Origin: Patescibacteria group bacterium
GTDB taxonomy: Bacteria > Patescibacteriota > Microgenomatia > JAADGY01
Assembly (NCBI GenBank): GCA_024277325.1
Contig: JAJRVN010000035.1
Span: 1 to 37,112, forward strand
Length of the DNA: 37,112 bases
Direction: 5' to 3'
This document shows, one piece after another, positions 7,628 through 15,522 of the stretch; position 1 is the stretch's first letter, and each line of letters opens with the position of its first letter. Both the position numbers and the translations under genes were made by a program. The notes under the pieces were generated by a model that saw nothing but the letters and a program-made list of their open reading frames with translations, searched no databases and was not told the DNA's origin.

Positions 7628-10594
7628 TTATACTGGCTGATTTTTTTTACTTAACCGTGGTAGAACGCCCTTGGGCCAGCAATGAAACTTATACGGACAC
7701 ATTGAGCAGGCTTGCCGATCATCGGCCCGGTCAAATTTAAGGCTTTGAATCTGATGATAAACATCTTTTAATAACAACCTTAGGCTATCTTTTTCTTCTT
7801 GGTTTGGCTGAAACTTAAACAAATAGGGTTTTTGTTGCCGGTTACCGATAAACCATAAAAAGAATGTCAAGCGCTTGTTTTTAAACAAAGGATCATTCTC
7901 AACAAGAAGGGCGTAAAAAGTCAGTTGGCGGTGGTAATCTTGATTGGGGTCGCTTAAGGCTTTAATCGTCGGCCGTCGGCCGGTTTTGTAATCGATAAGG
8001 ATAATTTTATCTTTGCCGGCTGAATCAACTCTATCTATTTTACCCGATAAAGGCACATTATCTGAAGTAAAAATATGTTCTTTAGAATAATCAACCTCAA
8101 CCGCTACAGGCCGGCTTTCATTTAGTTGTTTGACAAGTTGGTTGTCATAAAATCTTTGAAGCAAGATCAAGCCCTCATTAAGAATCCGGCCATGCTCGGT
8201 CTTGGTTAAGATCTCATTATCAAGATAGGCTTGGTAAGCTGTTTTCACCACCCCAAAACCAACATTTGATTTAGATTTTAAGTTAATCGCCCATTCTTCT
8301 AGAGCTTTGTGGATGGCCGAGCCCATGATCAACGAGGCTGTTTTTATTTTTGGCAGTTTGTAAAGATGAGTCAAGAGAAATTTGTAAGGGCACTTGAGGT
8401 AAAGATTAAGCGAGGTCGGCGACAGCTTGATTTTTTTGACAGCTTCTTGCCAATAGTCCGGATTAATAGCCGGCATCTCAGCCGGCTTGAGCAAAGAAAC
8501 CAAAAGCTTTTGGAGTTTGTCAAGATTGTCTTGGTGACTGACGCTGTCGATATATTGGTTTGGCAATTTAGTGATAAAAGACGATATGGTTTTGGGCTTG
8601 ACCACCCCGTCATACCAAACATGCTTTGGCACAGTGATATAGATTTGTTTTTTGGCTCGAGTTAAGGCAACATAAAACAAGCGCTCTTCTTCATAGGCTT
8701 TTTCTTTTTTTTGGTCGACAATATCGGCTTCTAGTAATTGTGGCAGCTTAATTTTTGAGCTTATTCTTTTGCCGCTCCACTTACCCTCAATAAATTGTGG
8801 GATAAAGACATAATCAAATTCCTGGCCCTTAGCTTTATGGGCGGTGGTTAACTTGACCGCTTCGGAGTTGGAAAAAAGCGGTTCAGCCTCCAGCTTAACC
8901 TTGTAATCTTCCAATAACTGCAGGTTGGCAACTAGGTCGTTGGTCGAGGTGACCAGCCTGTCCCGATACCAAGTTTTGACCTGGTTAAAGAAAGCATAGA
9001 TAAACATAATCTGATGCTTATCCTGCTTATTGGCCAAAAGATAGGTGATAAAGCCGGTTTTTTCCATGAGAGTTTGCAATAGCAAGGGCAGAGGCTGTTG
9101 GCCGGCGGTTTTTTTGAGCTCTTCAAAAACATCAAAGACCTGCCAAATCGATCGATATTGGGGATGGGCAGACCGATTAAAATACATCTTAAAAACCGAG
9201 GTTTTCAGACGGTAACCGTCCCTAAAAAGCTGACCGACCAAGGCCGGCGATAGTTTGAAAAACGGCAGATTAAGACACGTAAACAGATCATTCTCGGCTT
9301 GCTGATTGCCCCAGTTATGCAATGTTTTGACCAAGGTCATCAAAAAATTAACTCCCGACTGAGCCATGACATCTATTTGGCCATCGACGACATAAGGAAT
9401 CTTATCTTTGTTGAAAAACGGCGTATAGATATCGGCATCTTTGTTTTCCCGGTAAATCAAAGCGATTTGACTGGCTTTAACCTTGTGCTGTAAAAGCTCT
9501 TTGATAATTTGGCTGATAAACCAAGCTTCTTGGGTAAGCGAGGCAAAATGGTGGACTTGGATTTTTTGGTGTTTAAGTTTGGATTTTTTAGCCGGCCGAA
9601 TGGTTTTGTTGATGGCCAAAAGACTGTCAAGGCTGCGGCGTTGGTCAGCGATGAAGGCCTCACTGGTTGAGATGATCTCAGGTTGGCTTCGATAATTTAT
9701 CTCCAAGTTGATGGTTTTGGTTTTGGTGAATAATTTTTTGAAAAAAATAAAGTTATAGCGTGAAGCGCCCTGGAAACGAAAAATAGACTGGTCATTATCG
9801 CCGACGGCGAAGACATTGGCACTGTCGCCCCAAAAGGACGACAAAAGGCTAATTAGTTTATTTTGGGCTGAGTTGGTGTCTTGGTACTCATCAACTAAAA
9901 GATACAAGACTTTTTCTTGAACCTGCAAAGCCAGCTCCTCATCCTCTGCTATACGGTTAACGGCTTGGTTTATCATGTCCTCGAAATCATACAAACCCTT
10001 GTCCCTCATGATCGATTGGTATAACCGGTAAAACTTAACCACCTCTTCAAGCTTGAGCTTTTGCTTGTCGGTTAAATGGGTGTCTTTTTTAATGTTGGTT
10101 TTAAGCTGTTGAGGTGATAAAGATTCGCGCTTAAGTTGGCTTAAGGTTTGGATTAAAGGTTGGACATAGAAAGTGATATCGCCAAACGGTTTCAACCAGA
10201 AAAATTTATTGTCATTGAGGATCTCTTCAAACAAGCGGACCTTTTCCAAAGTGCTGATCGGCCGGCCGGCCCTGATTTCCGGGAATTTATCGGGATGCTG
10301 CTTAATGATTCGGCCGGCAAAGGCATGAAAAGTTAAGATATTGACTTGGTAGGCTTCGGCACCGATGATCTGGCTTAACCGACTCATCATATTGTCAGCA
10401 GCGGCCTCGGTATAGGTTAGGGCGGTGATAGCGTAGGCCGGTGTATCGGTTTTTGCTAAAATATTGGCGATTCGCAAAGTTAAAACCTGGGTCTTGCCGG
10501 TTCCCGGCCCGGCCAAAACCAAAACCGGCCCTTCAATAGTGTCAACAGCTAACTTTTGGGCTGGATTAAGTTGTTGGTAAAGTTTTTTAAACAT
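7628..10594 (-). CDS. UvrD/PcrA-family SF1 helicase fused to a C-terminal PD-(D/E)xK nuclease with probable Fe-S ligands
   Basis: Helicase: AGPGTGKT, VDEYQDTN, VGDNDQSIFRFQGA, NYRS, TAHKAKGQEF, EERLFYVALTRAK. Nuclease: SPTSL..YLKCP, GKIDRVD, IDYKTG, QLTFY, CSMCPYKFHC. Confidence 0.9.
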   Translation of the reverse strand: MFKKLYQQLNPAQKLAVDTIEGPVLVLAGPGTGKTQVLTLRIANILAKTDTPAYAITALTYTEAAADNMMSRLSQIIGAEAYQVNILTFHAFAGRIIKQHPDKFPEIRAGRPISTLEKVRLFEEILNDNKFFWLKPFGDITFYVQPLIQTLSQLKRESLSPQQLKTNIKKDTHLTDKQKLKLEEVVKFYRLYQSIMRDKGLYDFEDMINQAVNRIAEDEELALQVQEKVLYLLVDEYQDTNSAQNKLISLLSSFWGDSANVFAVGDNDQSIFRFQGASRYNFIFFKKLFTKTKTINLEINYRSQPEIISTSEAFIADQRRSLDSLLAINKTIRPAKKSKLKHQKIQVHHFASLTQEAWFISQIIKELLQHKVKASQIALIYRENKDADIYTPFFNKDKIPYVVDGQIDVMAQSGVNFLMTLVKTLHNWGNQQAENDLFTCLNLPFFKLSPALVGQLFRDGYRLKTSVFKMYFNRSAHPQYRSIWQVFDVFEELKKTAGQQPLPLLLQTLMEKTGFITYLLANKQDKHQIMFIYAFFNQVKTWYRDRLVTSTNDLVANLQLLEDYKVKLEAEPLFSNSEAVKLTTAHKAKGQEFDYVFIPQFIEGKWSGKRISSKIKLPQLLEADIVDQKKEKAYEEERLFYVALTRAKKQIYITVPKHVWYDGVVKPKTISSFITKLPNQYIDSVSHQDNLDKLQKLLVSLLKPAEMPAINPDYWQEAVKKIKLSPTSLNLYLKCPYKFLLTHLYKLPKIKTASLIMGSAIHKALEEWAINLKSKSNVGFGVVKTAYQAYLDNEILTKTEHGRILNEGLILLQRFYDNQLVKQLNESRPVAVEVDYSKEHIFTSDNVPLSGKIDRVDSAGKDKIILIDYKTGRRPTIKALSDPNQDYHRQLTFYALLVENDPLFKNKRLTFFLWFIGNRQQKPYLFKFQPNQEEKDSLRLLLKDVYHQIQSLKFDRADDRQACSMCPYKFHCWPKGVLPRLSKKNQPV

Positions 10595-10599
10595 ACTTT

Positions 10600-10605
10600 A
10601 TTGTA
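10600..10605 (-). promoter_or_regulatory. Putative -10 box 5 nt upstream of the helicase ATG
   Basis: Minus strand TACAAT-aaagt-ATG. Confidence 0.5.
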
Positions 10606-10776
10606 CTTTAGTTGATGCTAAAGTTTTAAAATTTAAAATGGATAGCTTTAAAGGAATTAATCTCAGGTTTTAACAACATGTAAACGATTGTCAACCGATT
10701 TCCGGTTAAATACTCGCCCCATTAAAGCGCAGCTGACTTTTGACCGTTGATTTCTCTATTGTTTTTTGCCTTAAGA

Positions 10777-11325
10777 TTAACTTTGTTTTAGTTTCTGCTG
10801 GGCCAAGAGTAAAGCCAAGGCCGAGTGGGTGGTTAAGTTGTCTTTATTCTGGTAAATATAATGTTTGACGGCTTCATCAAACGGTATCTTGACAACTTCC
10901 AAATATTCGCCCTTATCCTTTGGCAAAGGATCTCTGACAGGATCTTGGCCTAAAAAGATATAGCGATAGCCTTTTTGGTTGGCGCCGTGCTTAAACTTGC
11001 CCAAGAAACTCACCTGCTTGGGCCGCAAGCCGACCTCTTCTTGAGATTCCCTAACAAACTCTTGGCGGGCTTGACTTATCGTTAGATTAGCTCGGACGCC
11101 GCCGGTAACCACGCTGGTGATCTCACTCAACCAGGCGCCTCGCCACTCCTTAACCAGGTAGATGTTGTTATCTTTATCAACGATCGCTCCGCTAACAGCC
11201 CAGCCATCGATTAAAACTTGCCAATCGACGCGGGTTTCATCCGGCATAACCACCGGTTGGTTAATAATCTTATACCACTTGGTCTGGGTAATAACCGATG
11301 GCTTTAAAATGGTTTTGGGTTTCAT
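10777..11325 (-). CDS. Nudix hydrolase (ADP-ribose pyrophosphatase-like)
   Basis: RESQEEVGL Nudix box end, IYLVKEWR and DKGEYLEV. ATG 11325 (MKPKT) is preferred over the track start at 11397, which lies deep inside the PAP2 gene. Confidence 0.8.
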   Translation of the reverse strand: MKPKTILKPSVITQTKWYKIINQPVVMPDETRVDWQVLIDGWAVSGAIVDKDNNIYLVKEWRGAWLSEITSVVTGGVRANLTISQARQEFVRESQEEVGLRPKQVSFLGKFKHGANQKGYRYIFLGQDPVRDPLPKDKGEYLEVVKIPFDEAVKHYIYQNKDNLTTHSALALLLAQQKLKQS

Positions 11326-11989
11326 TTTTTTTCTTAATATCAAACCAACTAAAAACCAACCACAACCAAATAAAACCGATAAGATAGCCGCCAACAACGT
11401 CTAACAGCCAGTGTTGGCCCAAGAAGATGCGCGACATGCCAACCGTTGCCAGCAAGAACCAGCTTAAACCGGCCAAATACTTGGTTAAAGTTTGGGTTTT
11501 GATTATTTTTTTGTTGATCAAGACCAAGACACCGCCAAAGAGGACTGTGTAGGTTATGACATGGCCTGAGGGCCAGCAGAAACTAGCTGGTGTTTTAGTT
11601 TCAAAGACAGGTGAACCGATGATTTGGTTAAGCCAACCGGCGCCGGTTAGCTTAGTAGAGAGGACCTCGGCCGGCGGGCACGGTCGTTGGATGATTTTTT
11701 TTAAAAAACCACTGATAACTATGCCTGAAGTGACCAGAACCAAAAGCAAAAACTCATCCTTTTTGCTGTCCCGCCAAAAATTCCACAAGAGCCTAAAAAC
11801 CAAAATCAAGGCTAAAGGATATGCCATCGAGATAGCCATCCACAACCAACCGATAGGGTCGGTGGTGGTGGTTAGCCACTGATAAAAGTTAACCTCAAAG
11901 CTAAACGGCGGTTTATGGAGCCGGATAATTCCGGTTAAGATCGCCAGTAATGCAGACAAAACCAGAACTCGAAGTTTAGATTGTGACAT
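11270..11989 (-). CDS. PAP2-family membrane phosphatase (undecaprenyl-PP/lipid phosphatase-like)
   Basis: KKIIQRPCP, WPSGH and SRIFLGQHWLLD are the C1/C2/C3 motifs; multiple TM helices; start at ATG 11989 sits 6 nt after TATAAT. Confidence 0.88.
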   Translation of the reverse strand: MSQSKLRVLVLSALLAILTGIIRLHKPPFSFEVNFYQWLTTTTDPIGWLWMAISMAYPLALILVFRLLWNFWRDSKKDEFLLLVLVTSGIVISGFLKKIIQRPCPPAEVLSTKLTGAGWLNQIIGSPVFETKTPASFCWPSGHVITYTVLFGGVLVLINKKIIKTQTLTKYLAGLSWFLLATVGMSRIFLGQHWLLDVVGGYLIGFIWLWLVFSWFDIKKKNETQNHFKAIGYYPDQVV

Positions 11990-11995
11990 GAGATC

Positions 11996-12003
11996 ATTAT
12001 AAT
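11996..12003. promoter_or_regulatory. Palindromic ATTATAAT giving a -10 box on both strands (bidirectional promoter)
   Basis: TATAAT on + (11998-12003) is 8 nt before ATG 12012; TATAAT on - (12001-11996) is 6 nt before ATG 11989. Confidence 0.7.
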
Positions 12004-12011
12004 ATATGTGT

Positions 12012-12209
12012 ATGAGAACTCGATTAAAAAAAGGCAAGCCGTCTTTTCTTGACAAATATAAAGGCCGATGGGTGGCCGTAACAACTAACGAAGAGGTGAT
12101 AGCTTCAGGCAAGACGCTTCAAGATATTTTGCCCCATATCAAAGCCGGCCGCAAGCCCGAAGCCTATGCCTTATTTGTGCCGCTTAAAAAAGGCAAAGTT
12201 CAACTGTAA
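12012..12209 (+). CDS. DUF5678-like small protein
   Basis: KYKGRWVAV...VIASGKTL matches my recollection of the DUF5678 pattern; the track start is 12006. Confidence 0.7.
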   Translation: MRTRLKKGKPSFLDKYKGRWVAVTTNEEVIASGKTLQDILPHIKAGRKPEAYALFVPLKKGKVQL

Positions 12210-12214
12210 AACTC

Positions 12215-12604
12215 ATGATGATTAAAGGGTATAAATATAAAACTTGGGCCGGGTTTGATGTACCGATGATTCCCGTGGCTTTCAGCCGTTGGCCCGATCG
12301 TGGTTTTATCAACTCCATGTGCTTGGTTGACAGTGGCGCTTTTATGACGACTTTAAGTTATGCTGTTGCCGATGTTTTGGGCATTGATGTTGGAAAAGGT
12401 ATTCCCATAACAGTCAACGGCGTCGGCGGGACCGGCTTAGCTTATGAACACCAGGTTTACTTTAAGATAAAAAACCGGCCGGCAAAGATAAAAGTCTTAT
12501 TTTATCAAGGGTTGGATATTAATATTATCGGCAGGCTACCCATCTTTGACCAGTTTTTAATCATATTCAACAATAGTAAAGGCAGGTTATGGCTGATCGG
12601 ATAG
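12215..12604 (+). CDS. Retropepsin-like (clan AA) aspartic protease
   Basis: CLVDSGA catalytic motif, GVGG flap, IIGR motif, single-domain size. Confidence 0.85.
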   Translation: MMIKGYKYKTWAGFDVPMIPVAFSRWPDRGFINSMCLVDSGAFMTTLSYAVADVLGIDVGKGIPITVNGVGGTGLAYEHQVYFKIKNRPAKIKVLFYQGLDINIIGRLPIFDQFLIIFNNSKGRLWLIG

Positions 12605-12786
12605 ACAAACAAACCAAGCTTGACTCCAAAGCCAAGCGCCGGCAGAAATCGCGAAAGTTATTGTTTTGGTTTTGGCTGATATTTAGCCTGTTGACTCTAG
12701 GCCAGATCTGTATAGGCCTTGCTGCTTCTTGGTGGTCAAATTATCAGGCTGAAAACACGATTATTTACCAAAGAAACCGACAATAA
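12589..12786 (+). CDS. Small single-pass membrane protein, hypothetical
   Basis: Basic N-terminus followed by a hydrophobic helix; overlaps the protease stop by 16 nt. Confidence 0.5.
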   Translation: MADRIDKQTKLDSKAKRRQKSRKLLFWFWLIFSLLTLGQICIGLAASWWSNYQAENTIIYQRNRQ

Positions 12787-12886
12787 AACAATCAAGCTTA
12801 AATTTTAAGTGTGTCTTACTTGGGTTGAGCCCCTTTTTCTTTAGCCGGTCGTCAAGGAAAAGTATCTCTTGTGATATAATTAAGCC

Positions 12887-12940
12887 AAAGCGGGTGTTTT
12901 TCCTCGTGAGGGCAGGCGGTAAAAACACCCGTCTTTTTTT
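12887..12940 (+). ncRNA. Candidate ~50 nt hairpin small RNA (alternatively an atypical terminator)
   Basis: TGATATAAT at 12872-12880; perfect 11-bp inverted repeat CGGGTGTTTTT (12891-12901) / AAAAACACCCG (12921-12931) with a 19-nt loop; T7 tail. Confidence 0.45.
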
Positions 12941-12970
12941 GACTTTCAAACTCCTTAAAGCCATGATTTC

Positions 12971-12999
12971 TGCTAAAATAAAGCAAATAGGCCAGGAGG
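12971..12999 (+). promoter_or_regulatory. Extended -10 and Shine-Dalgarno for hpf-valS
   Basis: TGCTAAAAT at 12971-12979; AGGAGG at 12994-12999. Confidence 0.6.
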
Positions 13000-13003
13000 C
13001 AAA

Positions 13004-13309
13004 ATGGAAGTAGATATTAAGATTAACTATAACAATCTAGATCAAAAAGATAAGGAAACGGTCAATCTTTTTTTAACCAAAAGGTTAAATAAGCTTTTTC
13101 GGCTTGGCCAAAAGCAAGTTGTAGCCAGTCAACTTTACCTTGACTGTCACTGGAACCTAAAGCTAAAACTTTACCAATTTGATGCTCTTTACAACTGGCA
13201 AGGTCGGAAAATTTATGCTAAAGCCGAGTCGGAAGAGATAAACAACGCTTTGGCCGAGATAGCCAAGCGGCTTCGCAAGGGTATTAAAAAAATTGCAGGC
13301 AAGAACTAA
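13004..13309 (+). CDS. HPF/RaiA-like ribosome-associated protein (short, divergent)
   Basis: 101 aa; pattern DIKINYNNLD...KRLNKL...IYAKAESEEINNALAEIAKRLRKGIKK fits the sigma54-modulation/HPF fold; strong SD. Confidence 0.6.
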   Translation: MEVDIKINYNNLDQKDKETVNLFLTKRLNKLFRLGQKQVVASQLYLDCHWNLKLKLYQFDALYNWQGRKIYAKAESEEINNALAEIAKRLRKGIKKIAGKN

Positions 13310-15522
13310 TGGACAAGCGCTTTCAGCCTCAAACCGCCGAAGCATCTATCTATCAGCTTTGGCTAAAACACAAACTGTTTAAGCCCAAAGACCGTGGCCG
13401 GCGGTTTAGTTTGATCATGCCCCCGCCAAACGCCAACGGCTCGTTGCACATAGGCCATGCTTTATTTGTCACCCTTGAGGATATTATGGTCAGAATGGCT
13501 CGGATGGCCGGGTACAGCACTTTGATGTTGCCCGGGGTTGATCATGCCGGCATCCAGACCCAAGTGGTTTTTGAGCGACTTTTAGCTAAAAAGAGCAAGA
13601 GCCGGTTTGATTTGGGCTATCAAACTTTTTACCAGGCTTGCTTCAAGTTTTGCCAAGACCAGAAAGAAACGATCATTAGCCAATTTAAAAAGCTGGGAGT
13701 CTCGGCCGATTGGGATAGGTTAAAGTTCACGCTTGACCCGGATATTATCGATGTGGTCTTGGAAACGTTTGTCAAATTACACCAGGACGGCTTGATTTAT
13801 AGAAAAGACAGATTGGTAAATTGGTGTCCCAGATGCCAAACCGTCTTGTCTGATCTTGAAGTCGAGCATAAAGACCTCAAAGACAAGCTATATTACGTCA
13901 AATACCCTCTAGTTGACAAACCAACCGAGTTCATTGTCATCGCTACCACCAGGCCCGAAACTATCCCGGCCGACACCGCGGTGGCGGTCAACCCAGATGA
14001 TAAAAGATACAAAAAATACGTAGGCCGTCAGGTCATGGTACCGCTTATTAACCGGCCTGTGCCGATAATAGCGGATGAGGCTGTTGAGATTAAGTTTGGC
14101 ACCGGCGCGGTCAAAGTAACGCCGGCTCATGATCCGGTTGATTTTGACATCGGTCAGCGCCACAACCTTAAATCGATTCGAGCGATAGGTTTTGATGATG
14201 AAATGACAAGTTTAACCGGCGAGTTAGTCGGTTTGAGTAAGACCAAGGCCAGACCATTAGCCATAAAACAACTGGACAAGCTTGGTTTACTTGTTAAGGT
14301 TGAAGAAATTAACCACAGTGTTGGCCACTGTGAAAGATGCAAGACTAGGATTGAACCGATGGTTTCCTTGCAATGGTGGATCAAGATAAGACCGCTGGCC
14401 CAAGAGGCTGTCAAGGCGGTTAACCAAGGCAAGATTAAATTTGTTCCGATCAGATTCAAAAAACAATACCTTAACTGGATGTCTCAGATTAAGGATTGGT
14501 GCATTTCCCGCCAAATTTGGTGGGGGCCGAAAATACCGGCCTGGTACTGTGGCTTTGATGCTTTGTCGCCACTTCAACAGATGATGAATCCTAACTTGAA
14601 AGGTAATAAAGGCTGCGGCCATATTGTAGTCAGTAAGGCCAAGCCGAAAAAGTGTCCCAAGTGTTCCAATCCAAACATGATTCAAGACCCTGACACATTT
14701 GACACCTGGTTTTCTTCAAGCCAGTGGCCGATGACTACCTTGGGCTTTAACTATCGCCAACCGACTGACGACTTTAAAGCTTTTTATCCAACCACGATTA
14801 TGGAAACAGGCTATGACATCTTATACATATGGGTAGCCAGAATGATAATGATGGGGCTGTACATGACTGGCCAGGTTCCGTTTAAAACGGTTTATCTGCA
14901 CGGCTTGATTCGCGACGATTCCGGCCAAAAAATGAGCAAATCAAAAGGCAACGTCATTAACCCGATTGAGATTATGGACAAGTACGGTACCGACGCTTTA
15001 AGAATAGCCTTGATTATCGGCGTTGGCCAAGGAGAGGCTACCAGCGTCGGAGAGACCAAGATTAAAGCCGGCAGATATTTAGCCAACAAGATTTGGAACG
15101 CTTCGCGGTTTGTTTTTCTTATTGGCCAAAAATCAAACCTGGTTGCCAAAGACTACACTGATTTGAAAGATAGTCAATATAAAGATATTTGGCGTCAACA
15201 CGAGTTGTTTCTCAAGGATTATGAAAAAGAAGTCAATAAGTATCGGTTTGGCCAGGCCAGCGACAAGCTCAGGCACCAGTTTTGGCATCGCTTTTGCGAC
15301 AAAACCATTGAAGACTTAAAGGACAGAGCTTATAACCAGGACTTGGTTGCTATCTCATTGTTGCTTAGCTTATTAAGGGACTATCTAGCCCTATTTCACC
15401 CCTTTATGCCGTTTGTAACCGAAGCGGTTTGGCAGGTTTTCAGGCAAGATGAAAGGTTTAGTTTAATTTTTCCAACTGAACTGGTAGCTGAGTTTAAATA
15501 CCCGATTAAGCTAGATTATTAG
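13309..15522 (+). CDS. valS: Valyl-tRNA synthetase, short form lacking the C-terminal coiled coil
   Basis: PPPNANGSLHIGH, PGVDHAGI, ATTRPET, GTGAVKVTPAHD, DWCISRQIWWG, DTWFSS, KMSKSKGN. Confidence 0.96.
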   Translation: MDKRFQPQTAEASIYQLWLKHKLFKPKDRGRRFSLIMPPPNANGSLHIGHALFVTLEDIMVRMARMAGYSTLMLPGVDHAGIQTQVVFERLLAKKSKSRFDLGYQTFYQACFKFCQDQKETIISQFKKLGVSADWDRLKFTLDPDIIDVVLETFVKLHQDGLIYRKDRLVNWCPRCQTVLSDLEVEHKDLKDKLYYVKYPLVDKPTEFIVIATTRPETIPADTAVAVNPDDKRYKKYVGRQVMVPLINRPVPIIADEAVEIKFGTGAVKVTPAHDPVDFDIGQRHNLKSIRAIGFDDEMTSLTGELVGLSKTKARPLAIKQLDKLGLLVKVEEINHSVGHCERCKTRIEPMVSLQWWIKIRPLAQEAVKAVNQGKIKFVPIRFKKQYLNWMSQIKDWCISRQIWWGPKIPAWYCGFDALSPLQQMMNPNLKGNKGCGHIVVSKAKPKKCPKCSNPNMIQDPDTFDTWFSSSQWPMTTLGFNYRQPTDDFKAFYPTTIMETGYDILYIWVARMIMMGLYMTGQVPFKTVYLHGLIRDDSGQKMSKSKGNVINPIEIMDKYGTDALRIALIIGVGQGEATSVGETKIKAGRYLANKIWNASRFVFLIGQKSNLVAKDYTDLKDSQYKDIWRQHELFLKDYEKEVNKYRFGQASDKLRHQFWHRFCDKTIEDLKDRAYNQDLVAISLLLSLLRDYLALFHPFMPFVTEAVWQVFRQDERFSLIFPTELVAEFKYPIKLDY

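Noticed and set aside
7628-8450. Cas4 or a defence nuclease
   Set aside because: The Cys and PD-(D/E)xK pattern is fused to a UvrD helicase as in AdnAB/AddAB-type repair enzymes; no CRISPR context
12784-12801. A third in-frame stop in the small TM ORF (RNRQ*NNQA*)
   Set aside because: Readthrough adds only four sense codons beyond the stop, and there is no conserved motif to judge by
12887-12940. SRP (4.5S) RNA or a T-box leader for valS
   Set aside because: Lacks the CAGG...GNRA...AGCAG helix-8 arrangement and the T-box AAGGTGGNACC motif, and is too short
12761-13013. ORFs 12761-12964 (-) and 12825-13013 (+)
   Set aside because: They span two promoter-like elements and the hairpin, which better explain the region as non-coding; no protein motifs
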